A stretch of DNA of 64,000 bases, taken from positions 22,818,001 through 22,882,000 of the forward strand of contig NC_087252.1 of NCBI RefSeq assembly GCF_037042905.1. The letters run 5' to 3'. The notes beneath the pieces were generated by a model. The model saw nothing but the letters and a program-made list of their open reading frames with translations. It ran no database searches and was not told the origin of the DNA. Shown here in pieces: positions 1-13,479 of this stretch; the first letter of the stretch is position 1, and every line of letters begins with the position of its first letter. This stretch comes from Lytechinus pictus (taxonomy: Eukaryota). The position numbers were made by a program, and so were the translations under genes.

Positions 1-874
1 CGAAACAGCTCTGACATTTCATTGGTTTACTCGGTGACCGGTAATATCATGACTCATGTATATTCATTAGGAAGATGTTCCTCATGAATATATAATTCAG
101 TTCAGATGTCAAGAGGCCCTGGCTCGCTCCAGGCCTAATTCGCTTCGCGAATTAGGGAATCCCTCGCTTCGCTCGGGAAGCAGCCGCCAGGGCCTCGACA
201 AGAGGCTAGCTTTTCATAGGCCAAGTACATTTAGCAGCTCAAAAACAAGAATACTGCGCTCTGATTGGTCAAAGGGACCACACACCCACTCAAATTCCAA
301 TGTTCCCCACACTGGGCTTCTGCAAGGTCACACTCACCATGTGGTAATCTCTTCAAATTACCCGCGCCTGTTGTTTGGAAAACATTATTCAGCCAATCAG
401 AACTCTGGATTTTATGTTACTCAGAAATATCAGAAATCTCGTCTTGTATCTTGATGGAAAAAGCTGGCTGCTGACCCATCTAAAAGATGCCACGTATCAA
501 GAGTGACATTGGAAGAAAGTATAGTTTGAGCTTTCTGATGATATAAATAATGTTTGTGCCTAAAACACAAAATGTTGCACAATTTGCAAGTGAAAACAGA
601 AGAAGAAAATTCTGTTAGATGCATCTTTTCAGGTAAAAAAATCACTTATCTATCAAAATATTTTATTCAAAAGAAATGACCAATATAAAAGAGTAACATT
701 TACTCTTTCCCATGGTACAAAAATAATCAATATTACTCAAGGAGAAAGTGGTTAAATTCTTTGCGAAAAAAAGTCTCACAATTCACGAGATTTTGCAGGG
801 ACATGAATTCAGCCACGAGAGGACTTGGATAAATCTTGCTCATTTGCTCATTAACACAGGGGCTTGCCGACTGA

Positions 875-1145
875 CTGCTGCTTTTTAGTGGATTCCCCTA
901 TTTCCTCAACATTTATTTAAATAGTAAAGATGAATAAAAGAAGTTTTATGCAAATGCTTTATCATGAATATTCTACAGTTATTATTTATTATCATTGTAA
1001 ATATCATCAATATGATTAGATTGTTTTAGTGTCTATTGTAAATGTTCATTTATCTATACATATTGTCATACTGTATATATTTGTATATTCATTTATAGAT
1101 CTTTGTAATGTTTTCTTTTTAAGTGAGTTGAGTTGAAATGAAAAA
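875..1145 (+). repeat. Dispersed repeat (probable LINE 3'UTR), second copy at about 22608-22920
   Basis: 'ctgctttttagtggat...ctcaacatttatttaaatagtaaagatgaataaaag...gagttgaaatgaaa' is present at both loci. Confidence 0.7.
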
Positions 1146-1190
1146 AAAGCAAATGGGCAATGCCATTTTTAAATATCTAGTATAGTTTAA

Positions 1191-1771
1191 AGGTCAATTC
1201 CACCCCAGGAAAATGCTGATTTGAATAAATAGAGAAAAATCAAACTAGCATAGTGCTGAAAATTTCATCAAAATCGGATGTAAAATAAGAAAGTTATGAC
1301 ATTTTAAAGTTTCGCTTATTTTTCACAAAACAGTGATATGCACCACTAGGTGAGTCAGTCAATGATGTCCATCACTCACTATTTCTTTAGCTTTTTATTG
1401 TTTGAATTATACAATATTTCATTTCTTACAGATTTGACAATAAGGACCAACTTGACTGAACCATATAGTATTAAACAATTCTAATTCCACGTGTTCAGGG
1501 AGGAATTAAACGTTGTATCACTTGACAATTAGAATATTTCATATTTCATATAACAAAATACAAAAGAAATAGTGAGTGGGTGACGTCATCAGTCTGCCAA
1601 TTTGCTTACCAACCAGGATGTGCATATAACTGTTTTGTGAAATCAAGCGAAACTTTAAAATGTCATAACTTTCTTATTTTACATCCGATTTTGATAAAAT
1701 TTTCAGTGTTTTGCTTGTTTGATTTTTCTCCTTTTTTTCAAATCAACTTTTTGTTGGGGTTGACTTGTCCT
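1191..1771. mobile_element. Kolobok-like non-autonomous DNA transposon (family A)
   Basis: TTAA|AGGtcaattccacccc ... ggggttgacttgtCCT|TTAA; related copies at 4090-5846, about 42645-43135, about 52212-52340, and a diverged copy at about 14785-15335. Confidence 0.8.
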
Positions 1772-2694
1772 TTAATTTGAGCCCCCCCCCCCCTGCAGTT
1801 GAGCTCTCTGACTTTTGACCTTGAATTCATGACCCCTATAAAATCTAAACAGATAATCCTCACTTTAAACATACATGTACAAGTCAAGTGTAAAACTGTT
1901 CCTTCAAAATGGCTCTGGTCATTGAGAAATACATGTTCAGTAGATATTCCAATGAAAATAATGACCTCCATGACCTTTGATCTCATGACCCCAAATCTAA
2001 TCAAATCAATGTTGTTCCCTTATGGATACATGTATAAGAGCCAAGATCAGAGATGAAACCTCAACAGGTCCTAATTACTTATAGGATATTTTGAAAGGTC
2101 ATGCAATGATTCAATGACCTTTGTGACCTCTGACCTTTACCACTAGACCCCCCCCAAAAAAAATCTAATTCAAATATAAGTGCCCTTCAAATATGAAGCA
2201 TACAAGTTTGAAGTTGGTCCCTTAAAGAGTGTTTTCAGTTCTCAAAAGAACAGAATATAACTCCAATAAAGTACATGTATAATGACCTCTGTGAGTGACC
2301 TTTGACCTTGTAATCCCAAAGCTACAAATTTCATTTCCCTTCCAATATGCAAAATTTAAAGTAGAATCCTTAAACAGTTCTTGAATAATTGTAAAAAGCT
2401 ATGTTCATATATCATGATATTTGTGGCCTTTGACTTACCCCCAATACTCATCAACAACTACGGACTTCGTTTTTCATTCGATTGATCAGAAAGCATAAAT
2501 TCTTATACATCTAGGTAAGTCGCCAGAGTCTGACCCAAGGCTTAAGGTCCGCTGTGAGGGACCTGGTAAAGAAGATCAATGCCTTCTTTTTTTTTTTTTT
2601 ACTAAAGCACACTTTTTTGGTAAATGGGAATCAAACTCAAGTCACCAGATTGCGAAACCACTGGTCTACCAATTGCTCCAGGCTTTCTTTCCTC

Positions 2695-3380
2695 CGGGGG
2701 GGAGGGGGGGGGGCACTTCCATTGACGAGTGGATACCGTGCGCGACCATGGGGTCTCGAAAAGTACCCTAAACAAGTATTTTCCAATTGCTCCAGGCTTT
2801 CTTTACTCCTGGGGGGGGGGGGGCACTTCCATTGACGAGTGGAGATACCATGCGCAACCATGGGGTCTTGAAAAAGTACCCTAAACAAGTATTTTCCATA
2901 TTCTGAAAATGTACTCCTTATTAAACAAGTACTGGCGTGTGAAACAAAACGATACTCTTGGCAAGTATTCCCTGTATTGAACCCCTAAGCAAGTACAGCG
3001 ATATTTTAATTGTTATGTCACGGAAGTCTGTTGTCGGTTTTACCTTTAGCTACATCACTGGGTTTAGTACGTATGGCTCCCCCTCCGACACCTCGCGCAA
3101 ACCGTACTCTAAACACGTAATGTTGACTGTTGGGGCAAAAAGTACATCCTTTTTAAAACATTTTTTTTTAGTCAATAATTTTTTATACCCTCTCAAATTG
3201 GACCCTAAACACGTAGATTTCCTAGCAAAAATAGATACCCTTTTTTCATTATTTTAGTGTTTTTGACACCCTTATTAAGTTATGTATGAAACGTGCCCTC
3301 ACTTGAAAAAGACATCCTTTTTACATATATTTTTTTGGTCGCGCATGGTATCCACTCGTCAATGTAAGTGCCCACCCAGG
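2695..3380. mobile_element. MITE with long TIRs and a duplicated left end
   Basis: gggcacttccattgacgagtggatacc.tgcgcgacc ... ggtcgcgcatggtatccactcgtcaatgtaagtgccc; flanked by ctttcctc on both sides; relative at about 27665-28112. Confidence 0.8.
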
Positions 3381-3447
3381 CTTTCCTCTAAGATGTAGGG
3401 TTGTTGTTAGGGTTAAATTAGGGTTTTATCTTAGGTTTGGTGCACTG

Positions 3448-3880
3448 CAGACCTGCCAACCTCTGGGAATGAAAAACTGTATTCTGTGATAAAAAAACTG
3501 TATTTTTCCCCAAACAAGTGTATTTCATAATAAAATGCTTGGCGCAATCGCTCATCGCGGCGCTCAAGCTGCATGCAAGCTAAAATGCGCACTGCTCTTG
3601 CAGATGAAAAAAAAAAAACATTAAAACATGTGTATATCTTCACCCTGGTTTTAACAAAATGATTGAAAAAAAAATAAGTTACCTGAAATAACATTGATCT
3701 AAAAAACAATATTTGTGTACGTTTTATGAAATAGAGACATATAGAGATTATTTTTCTTAATAAATTACGATTTAGTAAAATAAAAAAAAATTACGTATTT
3801 TTCAAAGAAAAACCGTACTGCCGTATTTTGGTTGCAAAAACGTACTAAATACGGCTAAAACGTACTGGTTGGCAGGTCTG
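3448..3880. mobile_element. MITE, 14-bp TIR CAGACCTGCCAACC, 6-bp TSD GCACTG
   Basis: Perfect TIR and TSD read directly. Confidence 0.85.
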
Positions 3881-4089
3881 GCACTGGTGTCGATATGCGA
3901 CGTCATACTACTCAAGTGGGTGGGGGGTGGGGATAAAACAATAGATCATCCCCCCTCCTCCCTTGAACAAAATTGAGATTCACAACACAAATCGACACCC
4001 ATGGTTTGGGGTTAGGTTTAGGGTAGGGTATAGTGTAATAGATCCAGAGTTTAAGTTTTTCGATGAGTGTGTGGTGGAATACCCTTTAA

Positions 4090-5846
4090 AGGACAAGTCC
4101 ACTCCAGATAAAAGTTGATTCGAATAAAAAGAGAAAAATCCAGCAAGCATAACACTGAAAATTTCATTAAAATCGGATGTAAAATAGGAAAGTTATGACA
4201 TTTTGAATTTTCGGCACAACCCGGTCGATATGCAAATGAGGGAACTGATGACATCACTCACTATTTCTTTTATATTTCATTATATGAAATATGAAATATT
4301 CTAATTTTCTCCTCATTGACCTGTGAAACAAAGTTTTATTTCTCCCTGAACATGTGGAATTACCATTGTTTAACATTTTATGGTTCAGTCAAGTTGGTTC
4401 TTATTTTTAAATCCTTAGAAATTGAAACATTGTTTGATTCAAACAAAAGAAATAGTGAGTGAAGGACATCATCCATTCTCTCATTTGCATATGATTTTAA
4501 TAGTATAGATCATATGGACTGCTTTGAGAGGCATGGTTGTTTCTAGAGGCTCAAGGGGACCGCAACGCGACTATGCCCGAGGGCTTTGCCCGAGGGCATG
4601 GTCTGGCCGATGCAGTACCCGCGAGCCGAATTGAAACAACCATGTTTCGAATATAAAAGCGGTCCATATATATTTAATGAACCGAATTATTAAACATAAA
4701 GGTTAGGGCCTAGTCTAGGTTAAGATCTAGTAAAACTAAACAAAAAAACCTGCCCCTGGCCTAGGCCCCAAGCTAACGTAAGGTCTAGGCCCTTACTTAG
4801 CCCTGACCCTGAAGTTAGGTCTCAAAATGGAATATCAAAGCAGTTCCCGAGCAGTTCATACCGATAGGCCCTACTGGCCTAGGCTAGATATTTTTAGGAA
4901 CCAAATTAGGGTCTGATTCTGAATAGGGTCTAGGGCCTAGCTAGATCTAAAGTTCAGTCTTAAAATTTAGACTAGAGTATAATCTAACGTAAGATCTAGT
5001 CGACTAAACCTACGTCCTAACGTTAGATCTAGCGTCTACTCTTAACTTCTAAGCTAACGACAATTAACATTAGATCTACCCGTCCTAACGTTGTCGTTTG
5101 TCAATACCTAACTGTCCTAGGCTAAGGTTAAGTAACGACATGAACAAGTTAAACGTTTATTGTTAGAAAGTGCAGTGACTGTCGAATCTTTTCACCTGAC
5201 TCACCTTTTGCGAGCATGCATTTGAGCGAACTGCAACAAGACTTGATGATTGATATACATCCGTTATGTCCTTAATAAGCTAGTTTTCTTTTCAATAAAT
5301 GCTTTTTTAATAACAGGAATTAACAATAAAAAGTCAAAGATCGGCATCGTTCCATCGATATGTCAATCCGTTGCGCGCACTTGCGCAATAAGCGCGTAAA
5401 TGCGCAAATTGTCTAAAACTTTCGATCAAATCGTGCGGATATTTATGGTATCCGTTATCACCGCAGAAAGCAACATTTTGCATGCAATGAAATGGGGACT
5501 TCAGCCAAATTTTGCTATGCCCATCGTTAAGGGGCGGATCAGGGGGCAACCTGCAGAAATATTGTTAACTATGCCCGTTGCCCTTGGTTACCACCTTAGT
5601 TTGTTGTTTTGAAGGCATGGTCGTTTACATGACCTCAGTTTTAACCAATCAGAGGAACGGATTATTCGACATTCTTAAAGAGAGGTTTATACTCGTGCAT
5701 ATAAATATTTGTGAAAAATAAGCGAAACTTCAAAATGTCATAACTTTCTTATTTTACATCCGATTTTGATGAAATTTTCAGCATCATGCCTGTCTGATTT
5801 TTCTCTATTGATTCAAATCAACATTTTTCTGAGGTGGCCTTGACCT
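4090..5846. mobile_element. Kolobok-like MITE (family A) interrupted by a ~1.2-kb insertion (~4495-5695)
   Basis: TTAA|AGGacaagtccac ... gtggccttgaCCT|TTAA; the halves align to 1191-1771 on either side of the insert. Confidence 0.78.
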
Positions 5847-6530
5847 TTAAACACATTTGTAGTGTACCATAGCCAATGTTACCTCAATGGTGCAATGGGT
5901 GGTATTCTGAAAGCCACAGTCATTAGTTTAATTTGGTTACAACTTTACCGACCACACTTTTATGGGGTGCCAGTTGTGAACTCGTTCACCAATTGCAAAA
6001 ATTATTCTTATCCAGCCGCAAAAAGTTGTCAAAAAGATAATTGAGATGTGAAAATGAAATGGAAATAGGAAAATACAAAAATGTAACGAGTTTTAAAGAA
6101 TTAAATGACCACCAGTACATTATAATTGCCATAAATATGGAATTATAAAGCGAACATTCCATAAGAGTGTGGTTTAAAAATCAGAGTTTAGACTCGGGTT
6201 AAACCTCGGTTTAATCATCAGAATTTCACCCAATAATGGGTGTAACAACAGATAAAAATTATCAACCCTACCGATGCTATAAAAGGTAGATAGGCCACCC
6301 ACTCACTATGAAAAGTTAATCGGCCCTGCATTTAAATAATAGGAAGCTTCAGATGATCCTTGTAGGTTTGCATGGTGGAGTTTATAGCGTGGAGAAGGTT
6401 TATGGTTCACCATGTGTAATATGAAGAAGGGAAAGGAAATACAGGCAGAAAATTGAAATGGAAAGACGAGAAAGGATGAAAAGAGGAAATTAGAGGTATT
6501 CTTTTGGAAGATTGTAAATCAGACAGTTAA

Positions 6531-7121
6531 AGGGGAATCCAGCCTTGGCCATAAAATGTTGTGTTGGGAAGGAGAAAAATAAATTAAACAGAATGACGAA
6601 AGTTTGAAAGAAATCGGACAAGCAATAAGAAAGTTATAGCTGCTTTAAAATTGAGATCACTAATACTATGTAGATTTCAAATTGGCAACTGAGTGAGTAA
6701 ATTATGACAAGGGGCAAGGACAACTTTCCCAAAGGCCATGTACTTTATTATCAAGGATTTGTGTTTTTTTCCTAAATACCCATTCCCCTGGGGCGGTAAT
6801 CTAAATATAACCCAGGTAGAATATTGTTTCATGTCCTAATGAAAGAAAAATATAATTTGAAATAAAACTTTTGGGAAAAATGACATTTTAGCCTAAATAT
6901 GTATTGGAGTACATGGAATAGTCCTTGCCTTACATCACTATGACATCCCATATGCGGCCAATTTGAAGTCTCCATGGGTATAGTGATTACCAATATTTAC
7001 AACTTTAAAACTTCATAACTTTCTTGTTGTTTGTCCAATATTGTTCAAACTTTCACCTATCAACTTGTCTGATTTTTCTTTTCCCTATAAAAACAAGTTT
7101 TTATTTGGGTTGGATTCCCCT
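6531..7121. mobile_element. Kolobok-like MITE (family B)
   Basis: TTAA|AGGGGAATCCA ... TGGATTCCCCT|TTAA; degraded copies at about 25112-26332 and 27405-28335. Confidence 0.82.
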
Positions 7122-7898
7122 TTAATAGGTTTGATGAAACTCAAAGTAAATGTAGGGCACCTGGACCATGAAGTCAAAAATCTCTTTTAAACAGAGTACA
7201 AAGTCTAGCAAATAGTGTTGCGCTATATAACGTTTTTTTAGTGAATTAGAGCCCTGCGAATTCATTGAAAGCATTTAATAACTACCTGCGCTTTGACAAT
7301 GTACCAAGATAGACTATAGAAAACGATAGACAAACTATTGTGTATGTTTTCTCTACCATCACTCCAACAGGTGTACAAAGCACAGTGCTCAACATTTCTC
7401 AATGTGTAGTAGAAATTATATGTGACCTACATGTATTGGTGCATAGGGAATTCATGTGATTTTGTTGCTGTCTCGAGACTGCTGCGAAAAGGGTCCGCCA
7501 TATTGTCTGATAGGTACATGAAAGAGATTTATAGGTTAATTTTTCTCAGAAAAATTAATTGATCGCAACTGCATATGGTATGAAATGCCAATTTAATGCT
7601 TGTTTTTAGTCACATATTCTCAAGCATCTGAATATATTAAAAGGTCGAGCTGCACTTTCTAATAAAGCCAATAAACTTCATTTGAATACTAGTAAATGAT
7701 TGAATTTCTCATTATAAATACACAATCAAATTTCACAATGCTCATAAAATGGGAGCTGGGTATAAAATAAAGAAAACAAAAAGCCCTTAAACTTTTATCA
7801 TCTAGACAAATGCTGGAAAGTTGCATGTCAATGACGTCATCCCTGAGATCCATGTTCATTGCCATTCAGTCCGCATCCACTTTGTCTTTATCACCTAT

Positions 7899-8207
7899 GG
7901 GTCCTGTTGCATAAAAGTTAATACCATTATGGTAACTTTCCCATCCAATGGTAACTACTTACTAGCATGGAATCTTTGATTTCGATTGGCTGTTGATCAT
8001 CGTTACCATGGTAGTTACCCCTGGATGGCAAATTTACTTGTATGCAATGGGCCCATGGTTTCGTGATTATGGTAACTTTCCCATCCAATGGTAACTACGT
8101 ACTAGCATGGAATCTTTGATTTCGATTGGCTGTTGATCATCGTTACCATGGTAGTTACCCCTGGATGGCAAACTTACTTTAATGCAATGGGCCCATGGTT
8201 TCGTGAT
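7899..8207. repeat. Small palindromic MITE with a near-perfect ~140-bp tandem duplication
   Basis: 'attatggtaactttcccatcc...gggcccatggtttcgtg' occurs twice head-to-tail (about 7926-8065 and 8066-8207). Confidence 0.8.
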
Positions 8208-8643
8208 TCTCGTCCAGTATGGTCTAATCTCACTTCGTCCACAGCCCAGTTTGTCTACTTTCCATTACAGTAGATCTCATCCCACAAGGTCTAAACTGAC
8301 TTTAATAGGGGGTGTTGCAAGAAAATATTTGCAAATATTCTATTGCAAGTTTGAAATAAATAGATCAATTTCTAACTGTAGCAAATCAGATCACACTTCG
8401 TGTTTCGAGAAGCAGATACACAATCAATCGCACATTCGCAATAAATTTCAAGACCTATGCTTGATTTAGGGACCGAAAATGGATTTGCAACTGATCTCAA
8501 GTTTCTTGCAATGCCCCATTTGTCTACATCTAGTCTAAACCATTTGGTCTAACTGACGTTTTCATGTAGCCCATTTGAATTTGGTCAAATATCCAGCATG
8601 ACTATGAAGAGAGCTCTATTCTACACTTGGTCGGACACCAAGA

Positions 8644-9101
8644 GGCCGTTCTCATTACGCTTTCTAAAACTGGTTTACTGGAAACCGATTCAGGAAACCA
8701 CTTTGGAAGATCGCTTTGCTAGCGTTCCCACTTGATCACACAAAAGTGGTTTTCAAAATCACTTCACGTAAAGCGCTCTTGTTGCTATGGAAACGCTCTC
8801 AGTGGGGTGACACTTCGCGCGAAATTCGAAACCGCAGCATAGGCATTCTACACCTGTCGTGTGGAGTGGCACGCTCAAAATGTGCGAAGATCGCTTCCCG
8901 AAGAACGGTCGTGTCCTCACTTACGCTAAAACCAGTTTAACGAGGCAAAGCGATCTTGAAAACTACATCGCGAGGTGGTTTTCCAAACTGGTTTGGAAGA
9001 TCGCTTCCAAGACCGCTTCGACCATTCTCACTACGCGCTAAACTAGTTTCCAATAAACTAGTTTCCAGTAAACTAGTTTTAGGAACGTAGTGAGAACAGC
9101 C
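8644..9101. mobile_element. PIF/Harbinger-like MITE
   Basis: ggccgttctcattacgctttctaaaactggtttactggaaac ... gtttccagtaaactagttttaggaacgtagtgagaacagcc; superfamily assignment inferred from the GG..CC ends. Confidence 0.7.
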
Positions 9102-9910
9102 CCCAAGTACTTGCTTTACATGCATATCCTGGGTTCTTCATTATTTTTCATTGAGGGCCATGCAATTTGAGAATGTACAGGGAACTCATAAGTAACATAT
9201 CTCTAATAAACTGAGTGGTCTGTGTACTAATGAAAAAAAAATAAATGATCATTTGTGTACCGGTGATTAAAATCTAAGTCTCTACAGTGTTCAAACCCAT
9301 ACTTGGTTTTACTGAGAAGTCTGTATACTTTGTCTTTAAGTTAATAAATAGTGATCACTTTGTAATTGAAATCTGAGACTTCCCAGGAAAATGATTTTTT
9401 TTATTCATTCATTCATTCATTCATTCGTTTGTTCATCCATTCATTTATCCATTCATTCATTCATTCATCCATCCATTCATTCATTTATTTTATCTGTATA
9501 TTCATTATCAATTATCATTCTTTATCTTATTCTTAATTTTATTTATTCATTCATATAATTAATTAATCAATTAAAAAATTATATTACCGTTTTCTCTTCT
9601 TTTTTTTGTGGGGGGGGGGGCTACTTTACACAATTTACAGTGTAAATCTGAAACATTTGATTTTAAGCTTTAACATTGCAGTGAATGGGGGAATCTCCAG
9701 GGCTCCCTTTTTAAAATCATTTTCCAGGGCTCTTATGAGTATTTTGGGGGCAAATCCCCTTGAGCCCCCAGTGTATTGTTTTTCCCTGCTGCACAGTGAA
9801 CTCATACATTTTGGTTTACTCAGTGGCATCATGGCACGTGTACTTTACAGGGTTGGCACGTTTTAAACGGTGTGTTTTAAAACATGTTTTGAAACGCGTT
9901 TTAAAACAAT

Positions 9911-10700
9911 AAACAAGTGGAATGCCTCTGGCCGTCTCACCTGCATCACGCGATTCAATATAGCAGCAGTGCTGATTTTGAAAACTACTATAACTCGCAC
10001 AAGATGTTCAGTGATACTTGGTTACTCTTATATCCACGTTATATGAACTAGACCAACACACTTTCAAATTTATGGCTGTAATTCAACAAATACCCCAATT
10101 TGGCCAAAGTTCATTGACCCTAAATGACCTTTGACCTTGATCATGTGACCTGAAACTTGCACAGGATGTTCAGTAACACTTGATTACTATTATGTCCAAG
10201 TTTCATGAATCAGATCTATAAACTTTCAAAGTTATGATGGTAATTCAACAGATACCCCCAATTCGGCCAAAGTTCATTGACCCTAAATGACCTTTGACCT
10301 TGGTCATGTGATGTGAAACTCATGCAGGATGTTCAGTGATACTTGATTAACCTTATGTATAAGTTTCATGAACTAGGTCCATATATTTTCTAAGTTATGA
10401 TGACATTTCAAAAACTTAACCTTAGGTTAAGATTTTGATGTTGATTCCCCCAACATGGTCTAAGTTCATTGACCCTAAATGACCTTTGACCTTGGTCATG
10501 TGACATGAAACTCAAGCAGGATGTTCAATAATACTTGATTAACCTTATGGCCAAGTTTCATGAACTAGGTCCATATACTTTCTAAGTTATGCTGTCATTT
10601 CAAAAACTTAACCTCAGGTTAAGATTTGGTGTTGACGCCGCCGCCGCCGTCGGAAAAGCGGCGCCTATAGTCTCACTCTGCTATGCAGGTGAGACAAAAA
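9911..10700 (-). mobile_element. Helentron-associated/DINE-like non-autonomous element, copy 1
   Basis: Subterminal inverted repeat gtctcacctgcat/atgcaggtgagac, (gcc)n microsatellite, internal 160-180-bp tandem units, A-run flanks, no TSD. Confidence 0.75.
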
Positions 10701-11206
10701 CGTTATATTTGTTTTGTTTTTTTATAAAAAACGTTTTTTATTACAACCCTGGTACTTTATAATTAAAAAAAAAATGAAATTGAGGATAAAATGATGGTTG
10801 GACCATATCAGGACACGACAAACTTGCATGCCCAGGGCAAGTGAAAATGACTGCGGGCAAGCATTTTCTCAAACTCACTTGCCCGATCAGACGAGTGGTC
10901 ATTTTTTTTTTAATAAACGATAATGTATGATAAAGATAACACAATCAAACATCAAAAATTGTAATTGGTCCCATAGTGAAATAGTAATTGCAATTTCAAA
11001 TAAATATCAATACTTCAATATACTAGATATATATTCCAGATAGTCTTATGTTTTCTAGCCTTAGAATAATAAGTTCAAATCAGTACCTAATGCAACATTT
11101 TTTGGGTTTTTGCCTCCAATTAGAGGATTCAGTGCAACAAAGCAAATATAACACTTTATAAAAATGAACAAACCCTGTACATGAGATGACAGGACATTAT
11201 AGATAC

Positions 11207-12176
11207 AACAAGTGGAATGCCTCTGGCCGTCTCACCTGCATCACGCGATTCAATATAGCAGCAGTGCTGATTTTGAAAACTACTATAACTCACACAAGAT
11301 GTTCAGTGAGACTTGGTTACTTTTATTTCCACGTTTTATGAACTAGACCAATACACTTATAGAGATATGATGGCAATTCAACAAATACCCCCAACGTGGC
11401 CAAAGTTCTTTGACCTTACATGACCTTTGACATTGATCATGTGACCTGAAACTCGCACAGGATGTTCAGTGATACTTGATTACTATTATGTCCAAGTTTT
11501 ATGAACTAGACCAACACACTTTCAAATTTATGGCTGTAATTCAACAAATACCCCAATTTGGCCAAAGTTCATTGACCCTAAATGACCTTTGACCTTGATC
11601 ATGTGACCTGAAACTTGCACAGGATGTTCAGTAATACTTGATTACTATTATGTCCAAGTTTCATGAATCAGATCCATAAACTTTCAAAGTTATGATGGTA
11701 ATTCAACAGATACCCCCAATTCGGCCAAAGTTCATTGACCCTAAATGACCTTTGACCTTGGTCATGTGATGTGAAACTCATGCAGGATGTTCAGTGATAC
11801 TTGATTAACCTTATGTATAAGTTTCATGAACTAGGTCCATATATTTTCTAAGTTATGATGACATTTCAAAAACTTAACCTTAGGTTAAGATTTTGATGTT
11901 GATTCCCCCAACATGGTCTAAGTTCATTGACCCTAAATGACCTTTGACCTTGGTCATGTGATATGAAACTCAGGCAGGATGTTCAGTAATACTTGATTAA
12001 CCTTATGGCCAAGTTTCATGAACTAGGTCCATATACTTTCTAAGTTATGCTGTCATTTCAAAAACTTAACCTCAGGTTAAGATTTGGTGTTGATGCCGCC
12101 GCCGCCGTCGCCGCCGCCGCCGCCGTCGGAAAAGCGGCGCCTATAGTCTCACTCTGCTATGCAGGTGAGACAAAAA
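11207..12176 (-). mobile_element. Helentron-associated/DINE-like element, copy 2 (one extra 163-bp unit)
   Basis: Near-identical to 9911-10700. Confidence 0.75.
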
Positions 12177-13479
12177 TGGTTACGTGTTTATGCAATCAAA
12201 CAATATAAGCTACATGTATGACATAGAATTTGGAAGATACTAAAAGTGAAAGCAAAGATTCACAGAGTTTCACACGAATTTGATGATTTCTCTGGGTAGA
12301 TAGATATATCCTTTTTCTGTACTGAGCTTCATAGATCTACTTGTCTTTCTATTTATCTTAAGAATATAAATTTCAGATCATCTCTCTTTTCTTTTCCACA
12401 TCCTACCACGCCAAAACCACCAATTAGTCGCCAGGTAAGCTTCTCTGTAAATAGCCAAAATAGTATAGTCTCCAAAAGCCAAAAATTGAAAAAAATAGCT
12501 TATCTGAAAGAGCAATTCTTCTTCTTCGTACTGTGAAAATTTGAAGTTGTAAAGTTGAATATTAAGAAAAGATACAAGAGTTTCTTGGACACTACTTTGT
12601 CGGACAGCTCGGAAGTTTCACTGAGATTTATTACACAGTATGCACATCTCATGCTTATGTGAACCGTGAACTTCAAACCTTGTTTTCTCATTTTTCTTAA
12701 GCTCTTGCTGAATTTGCTCTGCATTCAATCAAGCACTTGTAATGGTTATTGTTGGTCAATTTCAACATATCACATTTCATTTTAAAGCTCAGAAAGTGAA
12801 TTATCAAGCTCAATTAAAATCTCAATATTCAGTTTGGTCGACTTATTGTTGGTTTTAGGGTGGCAGGTCACATATGTTTCTTGAAACGATGACTATGTGA
12901 ATGCACCAAAGTGCAATAGTCAGAAGTACTAAATTTTTGTTTAAACAAATCGAATGCAACATATATATGTTCTCTCAGCTTGGTATTAAGACTGAAACCC
13001 ATGAATAGCAGGTGACTGTGGCCAAAGAACTCCCCCCAAAATATTTTCATTATTTTATATAGATTATGTGTAAAAATTAAAAAATAATATCTATTAAACA
13101 AAAATTGATACTGTATTGTATGGTCCTCATTCTTTTTCATGTTAATAAAATTATTAAACATTGGACATTGCAGTACTTTTAGGTTAAAGAGGATCTTTAA
13201 AACCTTTTTAATTTTTTTAATGAATTTCACAACTTTGATATAGTTATGAGGAAAGAGTTTTATGTTATGTCTAATTTTTTTCAATACAAGAACTAATATC
13301 ATGCATGTATTAGAAAATAAGCACTGTTGCCAATTTAATGTATCATTTCAATATTCTGGGGAAGTACCCAAGTACATGTCACTTTAGAAGAGAATGCCTG
13401 GGCATTTCATGAGATAATGTTAATACCAGAAAGACTATTAACATTTTTCACTTTTGAATCAATTGAGCAACCATAACTG

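Noticed and set aside
7865..7900. Possible terminal exon of the zinc-finger gene (ccatag|GT GAT AAA...GAC TGA on -)
   Set aside because: The acceptor lacks a polypyrimidine tract and abuts a MITE end; no supporting homology.
12868..13302. 144-aa minus-strand ORF
   Set aside because: AT-rich composition, no recognisable domain or splice support.
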